Shown in pieces: positions 21,039-30,221 of a stretch of DNA of 32,000 bases (its first letter is position 1; the number at the start of each line of letters is the position of its first letter). The stretch is taken from assembly GCF_900187275.1 (NCBI RefSeq), contig NZ_LT906458.1:1590001-1622000 (forward strand), read 5' to 3'. Origin of the DNA: Pasteurella multocida. Its GTDB lineage: Bacteria > Pseudomonadota > Gammaproteobacteria > Enterobacterales > Pasteurellaceae. The notes beneath the pieces are model-generated. The model was given only the letters and a program-made list of their open reading frames with translations. It searched no databases and had not been told where the DNA came from. A program made the translations under genes and the position numbers.

Positions 21039-22205
21039 ATGAACATTTTTCTCACACAAAAAGAAGACATTGGCAATGCAAAAGTATTCTTATTGCATCA
21101 AGTTATCACAGCAGCCGCCCATCAACAAGGTCACCAAATCACCGAATTAGATGAGGCAGATCTGGTGATTGTATTCGGTGAAGCAATACACAACCCTCAA
21201 TTTGTAGGTAAAAAATGCGTTATTGTCGATGCAGAAGAGGCGTTCAATGCTCCCGAAAACACTTTAACTAAGGCTTTCGCAGAGGCAACTCCCTATGTTT
21301 TAAACGAGCATGCCGAAAGTGTAACGCCCTCTTTCTCTACGCCTTATAACGTGAATCGCTTGATTGCGATTACGGCTTGTCCAACAGGCGTCACACAAAC
21401 TTTTATGGCTGCCGAAGCCATTATGAACTATGCGAAACAACAAGGTTGGGATGTTAAGGTCGAAACCCGTGGACAGATTGGCGTGAAAGATATTCTAACC
21501 GAAGCGGATATTGCAGAGGCTGATCTTGTTCTTGTGGCAACGGATGTGGAAACCGATCTGTCAAAATTTGAAGGAAAGATGTTATACCGTACATCAACAC
21601 GCGCAGTCCTCAACAATACAGAAAGCACTTTCCAACAAGCATTAACACAGGCGACAGTTTATCATGCGCCGAAAGAGGATGATGTCGGCATTATCACCCC
21701 ACCACCACGTGACTACCACAATGATTTTGCGACCTGTGATGCCACTAAAAAGATTGTCGCAGTTACTGCTTGTCCAACAGGAGTAACACAAACCTTTATG
21801 TCTGCAGAAGCGATCATGTTGTATGCGAAAACACAAGGTTGGTGTGTCAAAGTCGAAACACACGGGCAAATGGGGGCAGATAACCTGATTACAGCTGAAG
21901 AAGTAGCAGCCGCTGACTTAGTCTTTGCCGCCACGGATATAGAGATTGATTTATCGAAGTTTGAAGGTAAACCGCTTTATCGTACCTCAACGCATGCAAC
22001 TTTAAAAAACATTGCGCAAGAGTTTGATAAAGCATTCATGCAAGCGACTCCTTATACGCATACGAAGCAAGAAGCGTCTAAAAATGCTTGTTGTTCAACA
22101 AGCACAACCAGCGAATGTTGTCAGTTAAAATGTGGTGTAGCACGTTGGTTACCGCTCATTTTACTTGCCGCACTCATCATTGCGCTCGTGGCTTATTTTA
22201 AATAA
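21039..22205 (+). CDS. fruA: FruA-like fructose PTS protein: IIB'-IIB-IIB with a single C-terminal TM segment; IIC permease lacking
   Basis: 388 aa. IIB' at residues about 1-92, IIB-1 with LIAITACPTGVTQTFMAAEAI (Cys114), IIB-2 with IVAVTACPTGVTQTFMSAEAI (Cys245), then CCSTSTTSECCQLKCGVARWLPLILLAALIIALVAYFK and stop. Confidence 0.85.
   Translation: MNIFLTQKEDIGNAKVFLLHQVITAAAHQQGHQITELDEADLVIVFGEAIHNPQFVGKKCVIVDAEEAFNAPENTLTKAFAEATPYVLNEHAESVTPSFSTPYNVNRLIAITACPTGVTQTFMAAEAIMNYAKQQGWDVKVETRGQIGVKDILTEADIAEADLVLVATDVETDLSKFEGKMLYRTSTRAVLNNTESTFQQALTQATVYHAPKEDDVGIITPPPRDYHNDFATCDATKKIVAVTACPTGVTQTFMSAEAIMLYAKTQGWCVKVETHGQMGADNLITAEEVAAADLVFAATDIEIDLSKFEGKPLYRTSTHATLKNIAQEFDKAFMQATPYTHTKQEASKNACCSTSTTSECCQLKCGVARWLPLILLAALIIALVAYFK
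21360..21662 (+). repeat. Tandem IIB domain copy 1 coding segment
   Basis: Encodes residues about 108-208, LIAITACPTGVTQTF...LYRTSTRAVLNNTESTFQQALTQAT. Confidence 0.85.
21750..22052 (+). repeat. Tandem IIB domain copy 2 coding segment
   Basis: Encodes residues about 238-338, KIVAVTACPTGVTQTF...LYRTSTHATLKNIAQEFDKAFMQAT; clearly homologous to copy 1 but diverged in DNA and protein. Confidence 0.85.
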
Positions 22206-22241
22206 AACCTAGCCCGAATTGGCATAATATTCATAAGAAAA

Positions 22242-22270
22242 AAGCCCGACACATGCCGGGCTTTCTTTTT
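22242..22270. terminator. Bidirectional terminator between convergent fruA and torD
   Basis: AAAGCCCG (22242-22249) - 8-nt loop - CGGGCTTT (22258-22265), A-run before and T-rich sequence after. Confidence 0.85.
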
Positions 22271-22283
22271 GATGAGGCATCCT

Positions 22284-22874
22284 TTAATTTTGACAATCTG
22301 CTTGTAATAACAAAATCAACAACACGACAACCTGTTGATAAAACGTGGTGCGTGTTTTTACTCGCTGTACTTTGTCATTGAACGGTAATAACCAAGGTAA
22401 CAGTGCATCTTGGATCAGTTGCTGATAGGTTTTCATGTCATCTACTTCAGCAAGCTGACGTAGTAATTCTAAATAGACACACAGATGATCGCTAGGCTCA
22501 GGCTTATCCCGATTCAGTTGTAACTGAAAACGCACGAGCAATGCCTCCAAAAAGGTAAAATGGCAAGCCAGCTGTGCCTCGAGTAAATACGCGGAGGCAT
22601 AAGGTAACGTACTACTGCTACCGTCTAACAGAAATAACTGCGTGTAATCCGCTGCTAATTCCAAATGTGCCAATTCAACTGTTTTTAACTGCTGTAATTG
22701 CTGTTGAATACCTTCTACTTGTGCTTGAAAGCCTTGCTCCGTGAGAAACGCAAAGAAATCATCAAATAGACCTTGTTGATATTGCGCTAATTGGCTAGCG
22801 GAAAGCTCATGACCAAGCATATTGCTCAGCCAGGTATAGACAAATTGGCGTTCTTCACGGGAAAACGGCATCAT
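22284..22874 (-). CDS. torD: TorD-family molybdoenzyme chaperone
   Basis: 196-aa all-helical protein with [26 protein letters not shown]; overlaps the torA stop by 4 bp. Confidence 0.88.
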   Translation of the reverse strand: MMPFSREERQFVYTWLSNMLGHELSASQLAQYQQGLFDDFFAFLTEQGFQAQVEGIQQQLQQLKTVELAHLELAADYTQLFLLDGSSSTLPYASAYLLEAQLACHFTFLEALLVRFQLQLNRDKPEPSDHLCVYLELLRQLAEVDDMKTYQQLIQDALLPWLLPFNDKVQRVKTRTTFYQQVVVLLILLLQADCQN

Positions 22875-25342
22875 AGGGCGACCTCATGTGGACCATGGAA
22901 ACCCGTTACCGCAGGTGCTTGTCCCACAAATTTCTCAATATTGACCAAACAAGTATTGGCAGATACCGCTTGCGCCAAACTTGAACTGCCAATATCTAAG
23001 CTCATGGTATTCGGATCACCATAGGTATCAATAGAACCGACTTTTTCGTCTAAAGGTGAATACCATGCACCTTCTTGTAAACGTAGTACACCTTGTGGGA
23101 AATTATCTGACACATGCGCACCAACAATCGCTTGTCCCCGATCGTTATACACCCGCACTAAATCACCATGAACAATGCCTAAACGTTTGGCATCTTCTGG
23201 ATTGATAAACAAAGGCTCACGATCTTGAATGGCATAGGTCTCACGCAATGCTTTCGATTCGCATAACTGGGAATGCAAGCGCTTATCAGGATGTGCCGAT
23301 TGTAACCAGAACGGATATTTGTCTGATTTTGGTCCACCGTGCGAACGCTCAGCTTTTTCAAACCACATTGGATGACCTTTACAATCTGCATAGCCATAAC
23401 TGGCGATTTTGTTACTGAAAATTTCAATAAAGCCGGACGGTGTGCCCAACGCATGTAATTCAGGATCCTCACGGAAATCTGCATGACGTACCCAAGGCTC
23501 CCCTTCAGGGAATAATACATAACCCTTTTGCCAAAATTCAGCAAATGGTGGCATGTCAAACTTGCCTTGGTTTTCTTGCCGACAGGCTTCATACAGGTGC
23601 TTGACCCATTCCATTTCGTCCATATTGCGACAATATTCTTTTTCTTTACCAAAACGACGGCAAAGATCTTTGAAAATCTCAAAGTCAGAACGCGAGTCAT
23701 ACAACGGATCTACCAGTTTTTGCATGGCGATCACGCCACGGTTACTGTACGAACCATAAGCATCAATATCGTTGCGCTCAAATGGGGTACAGGCGGGTAA
23801 GACAATATCCGAGAAGCGACAAGTGGCTGTCCAGCTGTAGTTGATCGACACAATGGTTTCTAACCGTTGGAAAGCCTGTTTCATCTTGTTACGTTCAGAA
23901 TGGCGGTGCCAGTGGTTACAACCTGTAAAGATCGCCATTTTATATGGGGCGTAAGTGATTTTTTGACCATTGTGGTGAATGGTCTCGCCTGGTTGCAATA
24001 GCGAATCCGTTATTCTAGCACAAGGGATTACGGCACTGTAGCCGTTGTAATTTTTGTTATCGTATTTCGGTTTTTGCCCTTCATCTAAGTTTAATGGGAA
24101 GGCGCCTGGCATGGCGGCACCCGAGCTTGGAATACCAATCGAGCTATAATGATGCGCATAGCTAATGCCACCACCCGCTAAACCAATTTGCCCGAGCATG
24201 GCGGCCAGCACGGCCCCCATCCAATACGGTTGTTCGCCATGTTGTTGACGCTGGATTGCCCAACCAAAAATCAACTGGGTACGTTTACCCGCTAGCATTC
24301 TGGCAAATTGACGAATGTCTTCTGCTTGAATAGCGCAAATTTTTGCTGCCCACTCAGCATCTTTAACCACTTTATCTTCACTTTCACCCAGTAAATATGG
24401 CAAGAATTTTTCAAAACCTACGGTGTACATCTCGATGAATTTTTTATCGTACAAATTCTCGACATAAAGGGTGTGGGCAAGCGCCAACATAAAGGCAACA
24501 TCTGTTTGCGGGTTGATGTATTGGAAGTCGCAACCTAAATAATTTTGGGTTTTGCTTTTCACGGGATCAACGCAAATCACATTCACGTCTTTTGCTGCTA
24601 CTTTTGCTTTTAATTGTTCTAAATATTTATAGGCTTCGTGAGTTTCACAGTTCCAACCCACTTGTAAGTTTTTCACTGGATCACTTGCCCAGAAGATAAT
24701 ATTTTCACTTTCTTTTAAAATAATTTCCCAAGAAGTACCTTGTGAATACACCTCTGTTGATCCTAAGACATAAGGCAAAATCACCTGCCCTGCCCCAGTG
24801 GAATAATCCCCACTGGTACTGACACTGTTGCCGTGCATCCCCACAGCACGGATCATATGGTTACCGCAACTATGGAATTGCCCGGTAGATCGCCACCCTA
24901 CGTTACCGGTGTGTAATGCCCATGGACCGTAATTTTGCTGGATACGTTCTAATTCTTCATAAAATAAATCTAATGCTTCATCCCAAGTCACACGCACAAA
25001 GCGGTTATCACCCCGTTGTGCCGTATTGCTGTTATGACGTTTTTTTAACCAATCCAAACGCACCATTGGGTAACGAATACGTGCTTCGCTATAAATTAAG
25101 TCTTTGATCCCCTTGATCATTTCCGTTGGGTATTGATCATATTCAAAGGGTTTAACATCAACTACTTTGCCATTTTGCACTTTGGCACGAATCGCCCCCC
25201 AGTGTGAACCTGTGATTTTCCATTCACTGACGTTTTCTGCAGACTGTGCAAACGCGTTTTGAGCAATCAGGAAATTAGGCATCGCAAATGTCGCCGCCAT
25301 GGCAGACATATTTTTCAAAAATTGACGACGTGATTGTTTCAT
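22871..25342 (-). CDS. torA: Trimethylamine-N-oxide reductase, molybdopterin catalytic subunit
   Basis: 823 aa; twin-arginine signal [66 protein letters not shown], typical of TorA/TorZ. Confidence 0.93.
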   Translation of the reverse strand: MKQSRRQFLKNMSAMAATFAMPNFLIAQNAFAQSAENVSEWKITGSHWGAIRAKVQNGKVVDVKPFEYDQYPTEMIKGIKDLIYSEARIRYPMVRLDWLKKRHNSNTAQRGDNRFVRVTWDEALDLFYEELERIQQNYGPWALHTGNVGWRSTGQFHSCGNHMIRAVGMHGNSVSTSGDYSTGAGQVILPYVLGSTEVYSQGTSWEIILKESENIIFWASDPVKNLQVGWNCETHEAYKYLEQLKAKVAAKDVNVICVDPVKSKTQNYLGCDFQYINPQTDVAFMLALAHTLYVENLYDKKFIEMYTVGFEKFLPYLLGESEDKVVKDAEWAAKICAIQAEDIRQFARMLAGKRTQLIFGWAIQRQQHGEQPYWMGAVLAAMLGQIGLAGGGISYAHHYSSIGIPSSGAAMPGAFPLNLDEGQKPKYDNKNYNGYSAVIPCARITDSLLQPGETIHHNGQKITYAPYKMAIFTGCNHWHRHSERNKMKQAFQRLETIVSINYSWTATCRFSDIVLPACTPFERNDIDAYGSYSNRGVIAMQKLVDPLYDSRSDFEIFKDLCRRFGKEKEYCRNMDEMEWVKHLYEACRQENQGKFDMPPFAEFWQKGYVLFPEGEPWVRHADFREDPELHALGTPSGFIEIFSNKIASYGYADCKGHPMWFEKAERSHGGPKSDKYPFWLQSAHPDKRLHSQLCESKALRETYAIQDREPLFINPEDAKRLGIVHGDLVRVYNDRGQAIVGAHVSDNFPQGVLRLQEGAWYSPLDEKVGSIDTYGDPNTMSLDIGSSSLAQAVSANTCLVNIEKFVGQAPAVTGFHGPHEVAL

Positions 25343-25353
25343 GGTGTTCTCTC

Positions 25354-26532
25354 CTACTTGCTGTCAGAATGGGCTTCAAAGTCAGATGAATGCAGTTGTA
25401 AATAGCGTAAAACTTCTTTACTGGTTTGTTTATCCATGTTGGTGAAACCCACCATACCATTGAATAAACCGATCCATGTATTCGAGTCAAAGTGCGCCAC
25501 TTCTGGCTGTCTATGACAGGTACTACATTGGGTTTTGTACATGCTTTCCGCCGCTGCCCATACTGGCTTCACGTCCTCAATTAACTGTGATTTAGCAATC
25601 CACACTTGCATGCTGACTTGTTGCCACGTTAAACCTGTTAAAGGATCTTCTTGTTTCGCTAACACTGTAAAGTGCGGTGCATTTTGCATAAATTCTTTGC
25701 TTAATACGGCATCTGTAATATTTTTGCCAAATTGGTGATACCAAATTCGACCAAAACCTTTGTCTTTACGCCACATGGTCATTTCCACTAAATCCGCGCC
25801 TTGACCTGCTTTAACAAAACGTACTGGTACCGCCGTTTCCAGTTGACCAATTTGCGCTTGCATAGCTTCATCTTTAAACAGCGCGATATTGGCTTTACTG
25901 TAATACGTTTTATCCGCCTGTGGTGCTTTCGCCACAAATTGATCAAATTTCGAAGTACTGCCTTCGCTCACTTGTGTTTTTGGTAAATGGTGTGCTACGC
26001 CTTTATGGCAATCCATACAGCTTTGATCTTTCGCTGCGGCAGGAATCATGGCTTTTCTCGCTGCCTCAGACATTTTGTCGAAGTTCATGCGCTCATAGCT
26101 ATGACAGGCTTTACATTCTTTCGAACCATTCGCTGCAAAACGAGCCCATTCTCGTTCTGCCATTTCTTGGCGGTGCTTTTCAAAGGCGCCTTCTTCCTCA
26201 TATTTGCCGGTGAATTCCGCAAATACCTCACGCACCGCTTGGACTTTGCGGGCATATTTGGCTGTTTTATCATGCGGCAAGTGGCAGCTTGAGCAAGTGG
26301 CAGTGACACCAGAACGATTTGACCAATGTGCCGTTTGCTTTAATTCTTCTAATGGTTGCTGCATAGAATGACAACCAATACAAAATTCTTCGGTACTGGT
26401 GTGATCCATTAAATCATTAAATTTTTGCCAGCTAATCGCACCTGCAATAAAGCCAATACTCACTAAAATACCCAAACCTATTTTGGCAGAAGGCTTGGTA
26501 AAAAATCGCTTAATTAACATAAAAAATTTCAT
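25354..26532 (-). CDS. torC: Pentaheme c-type cytochrome TorC/TorY (NapC/NirT family)
   Basis: N-terminal TM anchor and five CxxCH motifs (CIGCH, CSSCH, CKACH, CMDCH, CSTCH); C-terminal TorC domain. The listed ORF runs to 26562; the likely start [10 protein letters not shown] is at 26532. Confidence 0.93.
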   Translation of the reverse strand: MKFFMLIKRFFTKPSAKIGLGILVSIGFIAGAISWQKFNDLMDHTSTEEFCIGCHSMQQPLEELKQTAHWSNRSGVTATCSSCHLPHDKTAKYARKVQAVREVFAEFTGKYEEEGAFEKHRQEMAEREWARFAANGSKECKACHSYERMNFDKMSEAARKAMIPAAAKDQSCMDCHKGVAHHLPKTQVSEGSTSKFDQFVAKAPQADKTYYSKANIALFKDEAMQAQIGQLETAVPVRFVKAGQGADLVEMTMWRKDKGFGRIWYHQFGKNITDAVLSKEFMQNAPHFTVLAKQEDPLTGLTWQQVSMQVWIAKSQLIEDVKPVWAAAESMYKTQCSTCHRQPEVAHFDSNTWIGLFNGMVGFTNMDKQTSKEVLRYLQLHSSDFEAHSDSK

Positions 26533-26542
26533 ATCTACCCCG

Positions 26543-26701
26543 TTACGCGCCTGGTAAGCCAATGACGAACATTTGTAATAACCAAACGATCAAGCCATAA
26601 GCTCCCACGCTCCCCATCATTAAAATCGGCAACAGTATGCCGGCAAAGAAAAACGTTTTAATCACATCTTTCAAGGTTGAGTGTGTTTGTTGTCTTAGCA
26701 T
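26543..26701 (-). CDS. torE: Small NapE/TorE-family membrane protein (52 aa, below the supplied ORF cutoff)
   Basis: Manual translation: MLRQQTHSTLKDVIKTFFFAGILLPILMMGSVGAYGLIVWLLQMFVIGLPGA*. It matches the NapE/TorE pattern (F-P-L...VGGYGFxVWxxQ...PG) and lies directly upstream of torC. Confidence 0.85.
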   Translation of the reverse strand: MLRQQTHSTLKDVIKTFFFAGILLPILMMGSVGAYGLIVWLLQMFVIGLPGA

Positions 26702-26736
26702 AAATAGATTCCCAAGCTTGATTATAAGAAACGCGG

Positions 26737-26777
26737 ATTATACAGAAGAAAGGGAAATCCTTATTGAGAAGGATCAA
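26737..26777 (-). promoter_or_regulatory. Candidate FNR-dependent promoter of the torECAD operon
   Basis: FNR-like box TTGAG-AAGG-ATCAA (26764-26777, 9 of 10 half-site bases match TTGAT-N4-ATCAA) and -10 TATAAT on the minus strand (26742-26737); predicted TSS about 26730 puts the box centre near -41. Confidence 0.65.
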
Positions 26778-26902
26778 ATTAGATATCTTTTAAGAGTTAA
26801 ACTGGTAAAAAATAGCCAATAAGAATAGAAAAACATCAATGTAATATAATGTTTTATATAACAAAAAATAAATTTCTCATCACATCGCTGATTCACCCAC
26901 AA

Positions 26903-26934
26903 AAAAACGGGATATAACAAAATATCCCGTTTTT
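26903..26934. terminator. Rho-independent terminator downstream of the BCCT transporter gene
   Basis: AAAAACGGGATAT (26903-26915) and ATATCCCGTTTTT (26922-26934). The adjacent gene is on the minus strand and ends at 26952. Confidence 0.85.
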
Positions 26935-26951
26935 GCTTATTGATTACTTAA

Positions 26952-28958
26952 TTATGCTACATCGTAGGTCATCAAAGCATTGGTTTTATCCATCGCTAAA
27001 TTCATATAACGCTCATATTGTTTTAATACATCAGCAATTAATTCATCTTTAGTCATATATTGCACATCATAACCTTCTCGCCCATCAATAAAGTAGGTAA
27101 TCGGCTCATAAGAACGTTTAGAATCAATATTTGGCATCGCTTCATCTTCCACCACTAAGGTGGATAATTCACGGAATTGACATTCAATACCATATAAGAA
27201 ATTACGTAAATTTTCTTTCATCACCACAAATTCAATTTTTGGTTTTTTCCCTGCAATCATGTCAACTTGTGCGGTTAAACCATGTTTTTCAAACTCCGCC
27301 ACTAATTCATAAAAAGCGGGCTGAGCAATTTCATCAATAAAATTACGCACGTCGGCACGTTTCGATTGCGAAAGAATTTTTTCTAAGCGCAATTTCCAGT
27401 GTTTCCCCGTCCAATTACTGCTACCCTGTGAAAAAGTTTTGCTGAAATATTGGTTATCCACCATCAACCCTTTCCATAGACCAAAACACAGTAACAACAT
27501 AATCATGGTGAAAGGTAAGGCGATGACCAGTGTCATGGTTTGTAAGGCAGACAAGCCGTCTGAACGTAATAAGGCAATCGCCAGTACCGCCAATAATATT
27601 GCCCAAAACACACTTTGCCATTTAACACTGTTTTCTTCCCCTTGCGAAGCAATGCTGTTAATCACATAAATGCCAGAATCCGCCGAGGTAATAAAGAATA
27701 AAGCGATAATCACAATGGCAATAAAGGAAGCAATATTGCCAAAAGGTAATAAATCAAAAAAACCAAATAATAACGCTTCCGTGTTGCCCGCAAGTGCGGT
27801 CAAATTTCCTGCAGTTTCCCCATCTAGCCAAATCGCAGAATTGCCGAAAGTGGTCATCCACAGTGCATTAAAGAGTGAAGGAATAAATAACACCCCTAAA
27901 ATAAATTCGCGAATCGTGCGCCCTTTAGAAATTTTGGCAATAAAAAGACCGACAAACGGGGCCCAAGACACCCACCACGCCCAATACAACACCGTCCAAC
28001 CGCTAAACCAACCTTGATTTTCAGGCTCATAAGCAAAGGTGCGGAAACTTAACGACACTAAATTACTCAGATAATAACCTAGATTTTCCGTGAAGCTGGT
28101 TAACAATAACAATGTCGGTCCAAGCACGATCACAAACAGCATTAGAATCAGCGCAAAAAATAAATTAATTTCACTTAAACGGCGCACCCCCTTTGCAACC
28201 CCCGTAATGGCAGAAATCGTTGCAAAACACATCACCAAAATGATCAACAGAGAAAGTGTGGAAAAACTCCGAGAGTCAATCCAACCCAAACTATTTAATC
28301 CCGCATCTAACTGCATGGCGCCATAACCTAAGGTCGTCGTGATACCGAAAATCGTACTACATAAGGCACAGACATCGATCACATGTCCCCAAAAACCTGA
28401 AATACGCTGTTTTAATAACGGATAAAAGCCTGAACGGATGGTGAGCGGTAACTTATACCGAAAACCGAAATACGCCAGTGCGAGACCAATCACCGCATAA
28501 ATTGCCCAAGCATGAATCCCCCAGTGATAAAAAGTCATTAACATGGCTTCTTTGGTTTTTTCCGCTGCAGTCATGCCCTGATGTAATGGATTGGCATAAT
28601 GCAACATCGGCTCAGCCACACCAAAATACATCAAACCAATACCCATTCCTGCCGCGAATAACATCGCTATCCAAGAGAGGAATGGATACTCTGGTTCTTC
28701 ATTATCCGAACCTAAACGAATATCGCCTAATCGACTGGTACAAAGCAACACTAAGAAAACAATAAAAATGGATACCGCAAGCACATAAAACCAACTGAAA
28801 TGGCTAAAGATTTGTTGCTTAACGACGTTTAAGGTCCCTTGAGCATGTTGTGGAAAAAAAGAACAATATAAAGTGACAAAAATGATGAAGAAAAGACTGG
28901 GAAAGAAAATCGGTGCTTTTAATGTACTACGTTGTTGTAACTGCTTAAAAAATGTCAA
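26952..28958 (-). CDS. BCCT-family (betaine/choline/carnitine) transporter, BetT-like
   Basis: 668 aa; SWIAMLFAAGMGIGLMYFGVAEPMLHY, HWGIHAWAIYAVIGLALAYFGFRYKLP, WAWWVSWAPFVGLFIAKISKGRTIREFI, long cytosolic C-terminal domain. Confidence 0.92.
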   Translation of the reverse strand: MTFFKQLQQRSTLKAPIFFPSLFFIIFVTLYCSFFPQHAQGTLNVVKQQIFSHFSWFYVLAVSIFIVFLVLLCTSRLGDIRLGSDNEEPEYPFLSWIAMLFAAGMGIGLMYFGVAEPMLHYANPLHQGMTAAEKTKEAMLMTFYHWGIHAWAIYAVIGLALAYFGFRYKLPLTIRSGFYPLLKQRISGFWGHVIDVCALCSTIFGITTTLGYGAMQLDAGLNSLGWIDSRSFSTLSLLIILVMCFATISAITGVAKGVRRLSEINLFFALILMLFVIVLGPTLLLLTSFTENLGYYLSNLVSLSFRTFAYEPENQGWFSGWTVLYWAWWVSWAPFVGLFIAKISKGRTIREFILGVLFIPSLFNALWMTTFGNSAIWLDGETAGNLTALAGNTEALLFGFFDLLPFGNIASFIAIVIIALFFITSADSGIYVINSIASQGEENSVKWQSVFWAILLAVLAIALLRSDGLSALQTMTLVIALPFTMIMLLLCFGLWKGLMVDNQYFSKTFSQGSSNWTGKHWKLRLEKILSQSKRADVRNFIDEIAQPAFYELVAEFEKHGLTAQVDMIAGKKPKIEFVVMKENLRNFLYGIECQFRELSTLVVEDEAMPNIDSKRSYEPITYFIDGREGYDVQYMTKDELIADVLKQYERYMNLAMDKTNALMTYDVA

Positions 28959-29233
28959 AACGCCTCCTTAGTGACGAGATAATGTGATATAACCTATTGG
29001 CATACGGAAATTTCATGCTATTCATGAAAAATAAGGAAAAAACTGCGCAAAATACAGTTTAAATGAGATAGTATTGCACTTAACTAAGACAACTAATCGC
29101 CATTAATATAACAAAAATGCCTCAAAATCGCAAAAGTCCTCTTTTCGCGCCAACAGGCAAAAAGAGTAACTGAGTTTATTTTCCTGTCTTTCCTTGCTAT
29201 ATTTACGCAGTTTACATCTTCTAAGGATATCAA

Positions 29234-29488
29234 ATGACCCAATACAACAAACTGAGAATTGAATGGGATTGTCGGCGAGGAATGCTCGAACTGGATAACG
29301 TCATTATGCCATTTTATCGACAGCACTTTGACGCCTTATCTGACACACAAAAAGACACCTTTATTCGTTTATTAGCGTGTAGCGATTTACAGCTTTTTTC
29401 TTGGTTCTTTAATCGAGGTATGGCAACTGATCCTCAATTACAACAAATGGTTGATTACATTCAAAAAACATTGAAACTCACAGATTAA
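29234..29488 (+). CDS. sdhE: FAD assembly factor SdhE (YgfY/CptB family)
   Basis: 84 aa; LRIEWDCRRGMLELDNVIMPFYRQHFDALSDTQKDTFIRLLACSDLQLFSWF, containing the RGMLELD signature. Confidence 0.92.
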   Translation: MTQYNKLRIEWDCRRGMLELDNVIMPFYRQHFDALSDTQKDTFIRLLACSDLQLFSWFFNRGMATDPQLQQMVDYIQKTLKLTD

Positions 29489-29509
29489 TTTGTCTTTACA
29501 AAAAAGATT

Positions 29510-29536
29510 GAACTTTTTTTATTCGGCACCGTCTAA
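29510..29536 (+). promoter_or_regulatory. Sigma-E-type promoter upstream of rpoE
   Basis: GAACTT (29510-29515), exact 16-nt spacer, TCTAA (29532-29536); fits the GGAACTT-N16-TCNNA sigma-E pattern, about 60 nt before rpoE. Confidence 0.75.
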
Positions 29537-29599
29537 CTGTTTGCAAGAGCTTGCTGTCTTTGAATATTAAGGCTTGTTAGAGGTGATATAAGAGGTTAT

Positions 29600-30175
29600 A
29601 TGGCTGAACAGCTAACAGATCAGGCTTTGGTAGAAAGAGTACAGCAAGGAGATAAAAAGGCCTTTAATTTATTGGTTTCTCGTTATCAAAATAAAGTGGC
29701 TGGTTTGCTGACTCGCTATGTGTCACAAAACGACATTCCTGATGTTGTACAAGAATCATTTATCAAAGCATATCGCTCGATTGATTCTTTTCGTGGTGAC
29801 AGTGCTTTCTACACATGGCTATATCGAATCGCCGTCAATACGGCAAAGAATTATTTAACTGCTCAAGGACGTCGCCCTCCTAATGAAGATATCTTAGCGG
29901 AAGAGGCTGAAAGTTATGAAATGGGCAGTAACTTACGGGATGTGGATACCCCGGAAAATGAAATGTTATCCAGCGAATTAAAGAAAATTGTATTTGATAC
30001 AATAAACGGTTTACAAGAAGATTTAAGAACGGCCATTACACTCCGCGAGCTTGAGGGCTTAAGCTACGAAGAGATCGCAGAAATTATGGATTGTCCAGTT
30101 GGAACTGTTCGCTCTCGAATTTTCCGTGCGCGTGAAATTATCGAAAGTAAAGTGCAACCTATGTTGCAACGTTAA
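29600..30175 (+). CDS. rpoE: RNA polymerase sigma-E factor
   Basis: 191 aa; TDQALVERVQQGDKKAFNLLVSRYQNKV, DVVQESFIKAYRSIDSFRGDSAFYTWLYRIAVNTAKN, SYEEIAEIMDCPVGTVRSRIFRARE. Confidence 0.98.
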   Translation: MAEQLTDQALVERVQQGDKKAFNLLVSRYQNKVAGLLTRYVSQNDIPDVVQESFIKAYRSIDSFRGDSAFYTWLYRIAVNTAKNYLTAQGRRPPNEDILAEEAESYEMGSNLRDVDTPENEMLSSELKKIVFDTINGLQEDLRTAITLRELEGLSYEEIAEIMDCPVGTVRSRIFRAREIIESKVQPMLQR

Positions 30176-30221
30176 ATACAATACAAAAAATCCAAAACCA
30201 AGCAAAAGTTGGAGTGTCCAA

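Larger units (their letters stand above)
4701..25678. repeat. Dispersed Haemophilus-type uptake signal sequence (USS) cores
   Basis: Exact 9-mers AAGTGCGGT/ACCGCACTT found by eye at 4701-4709, 6712-6720, 7667-7675, 9697-9705, 10549-10557, 12119-12127, 14397-14405, 15053-15061, 16136-16144, 20927-20935 and 25670-25678. This is a dispersed element; the coordinates give its span only. Confidence 0.9.

Noticed and set aside
23179-23700. 173-aa minus-strand ORF, plus several plus-strand ORFs, within torA
   Set aside because: These are out-of-frame shadows of a well-conserved molybdoenzyme gene.
27131-28765. Series of 69-115 aa plus-strand ORFs across the BCCT transporter
   Set aside because: They are antisense to a clear membrane transporter gene with strong family motifs; compositional artefacts.
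29093-29326. 77-aa minus-strand ORF overlapping the sdhE start
   Set aside because: It is antisense to SdhE and spans its probable promoter region, with no family resemblance.
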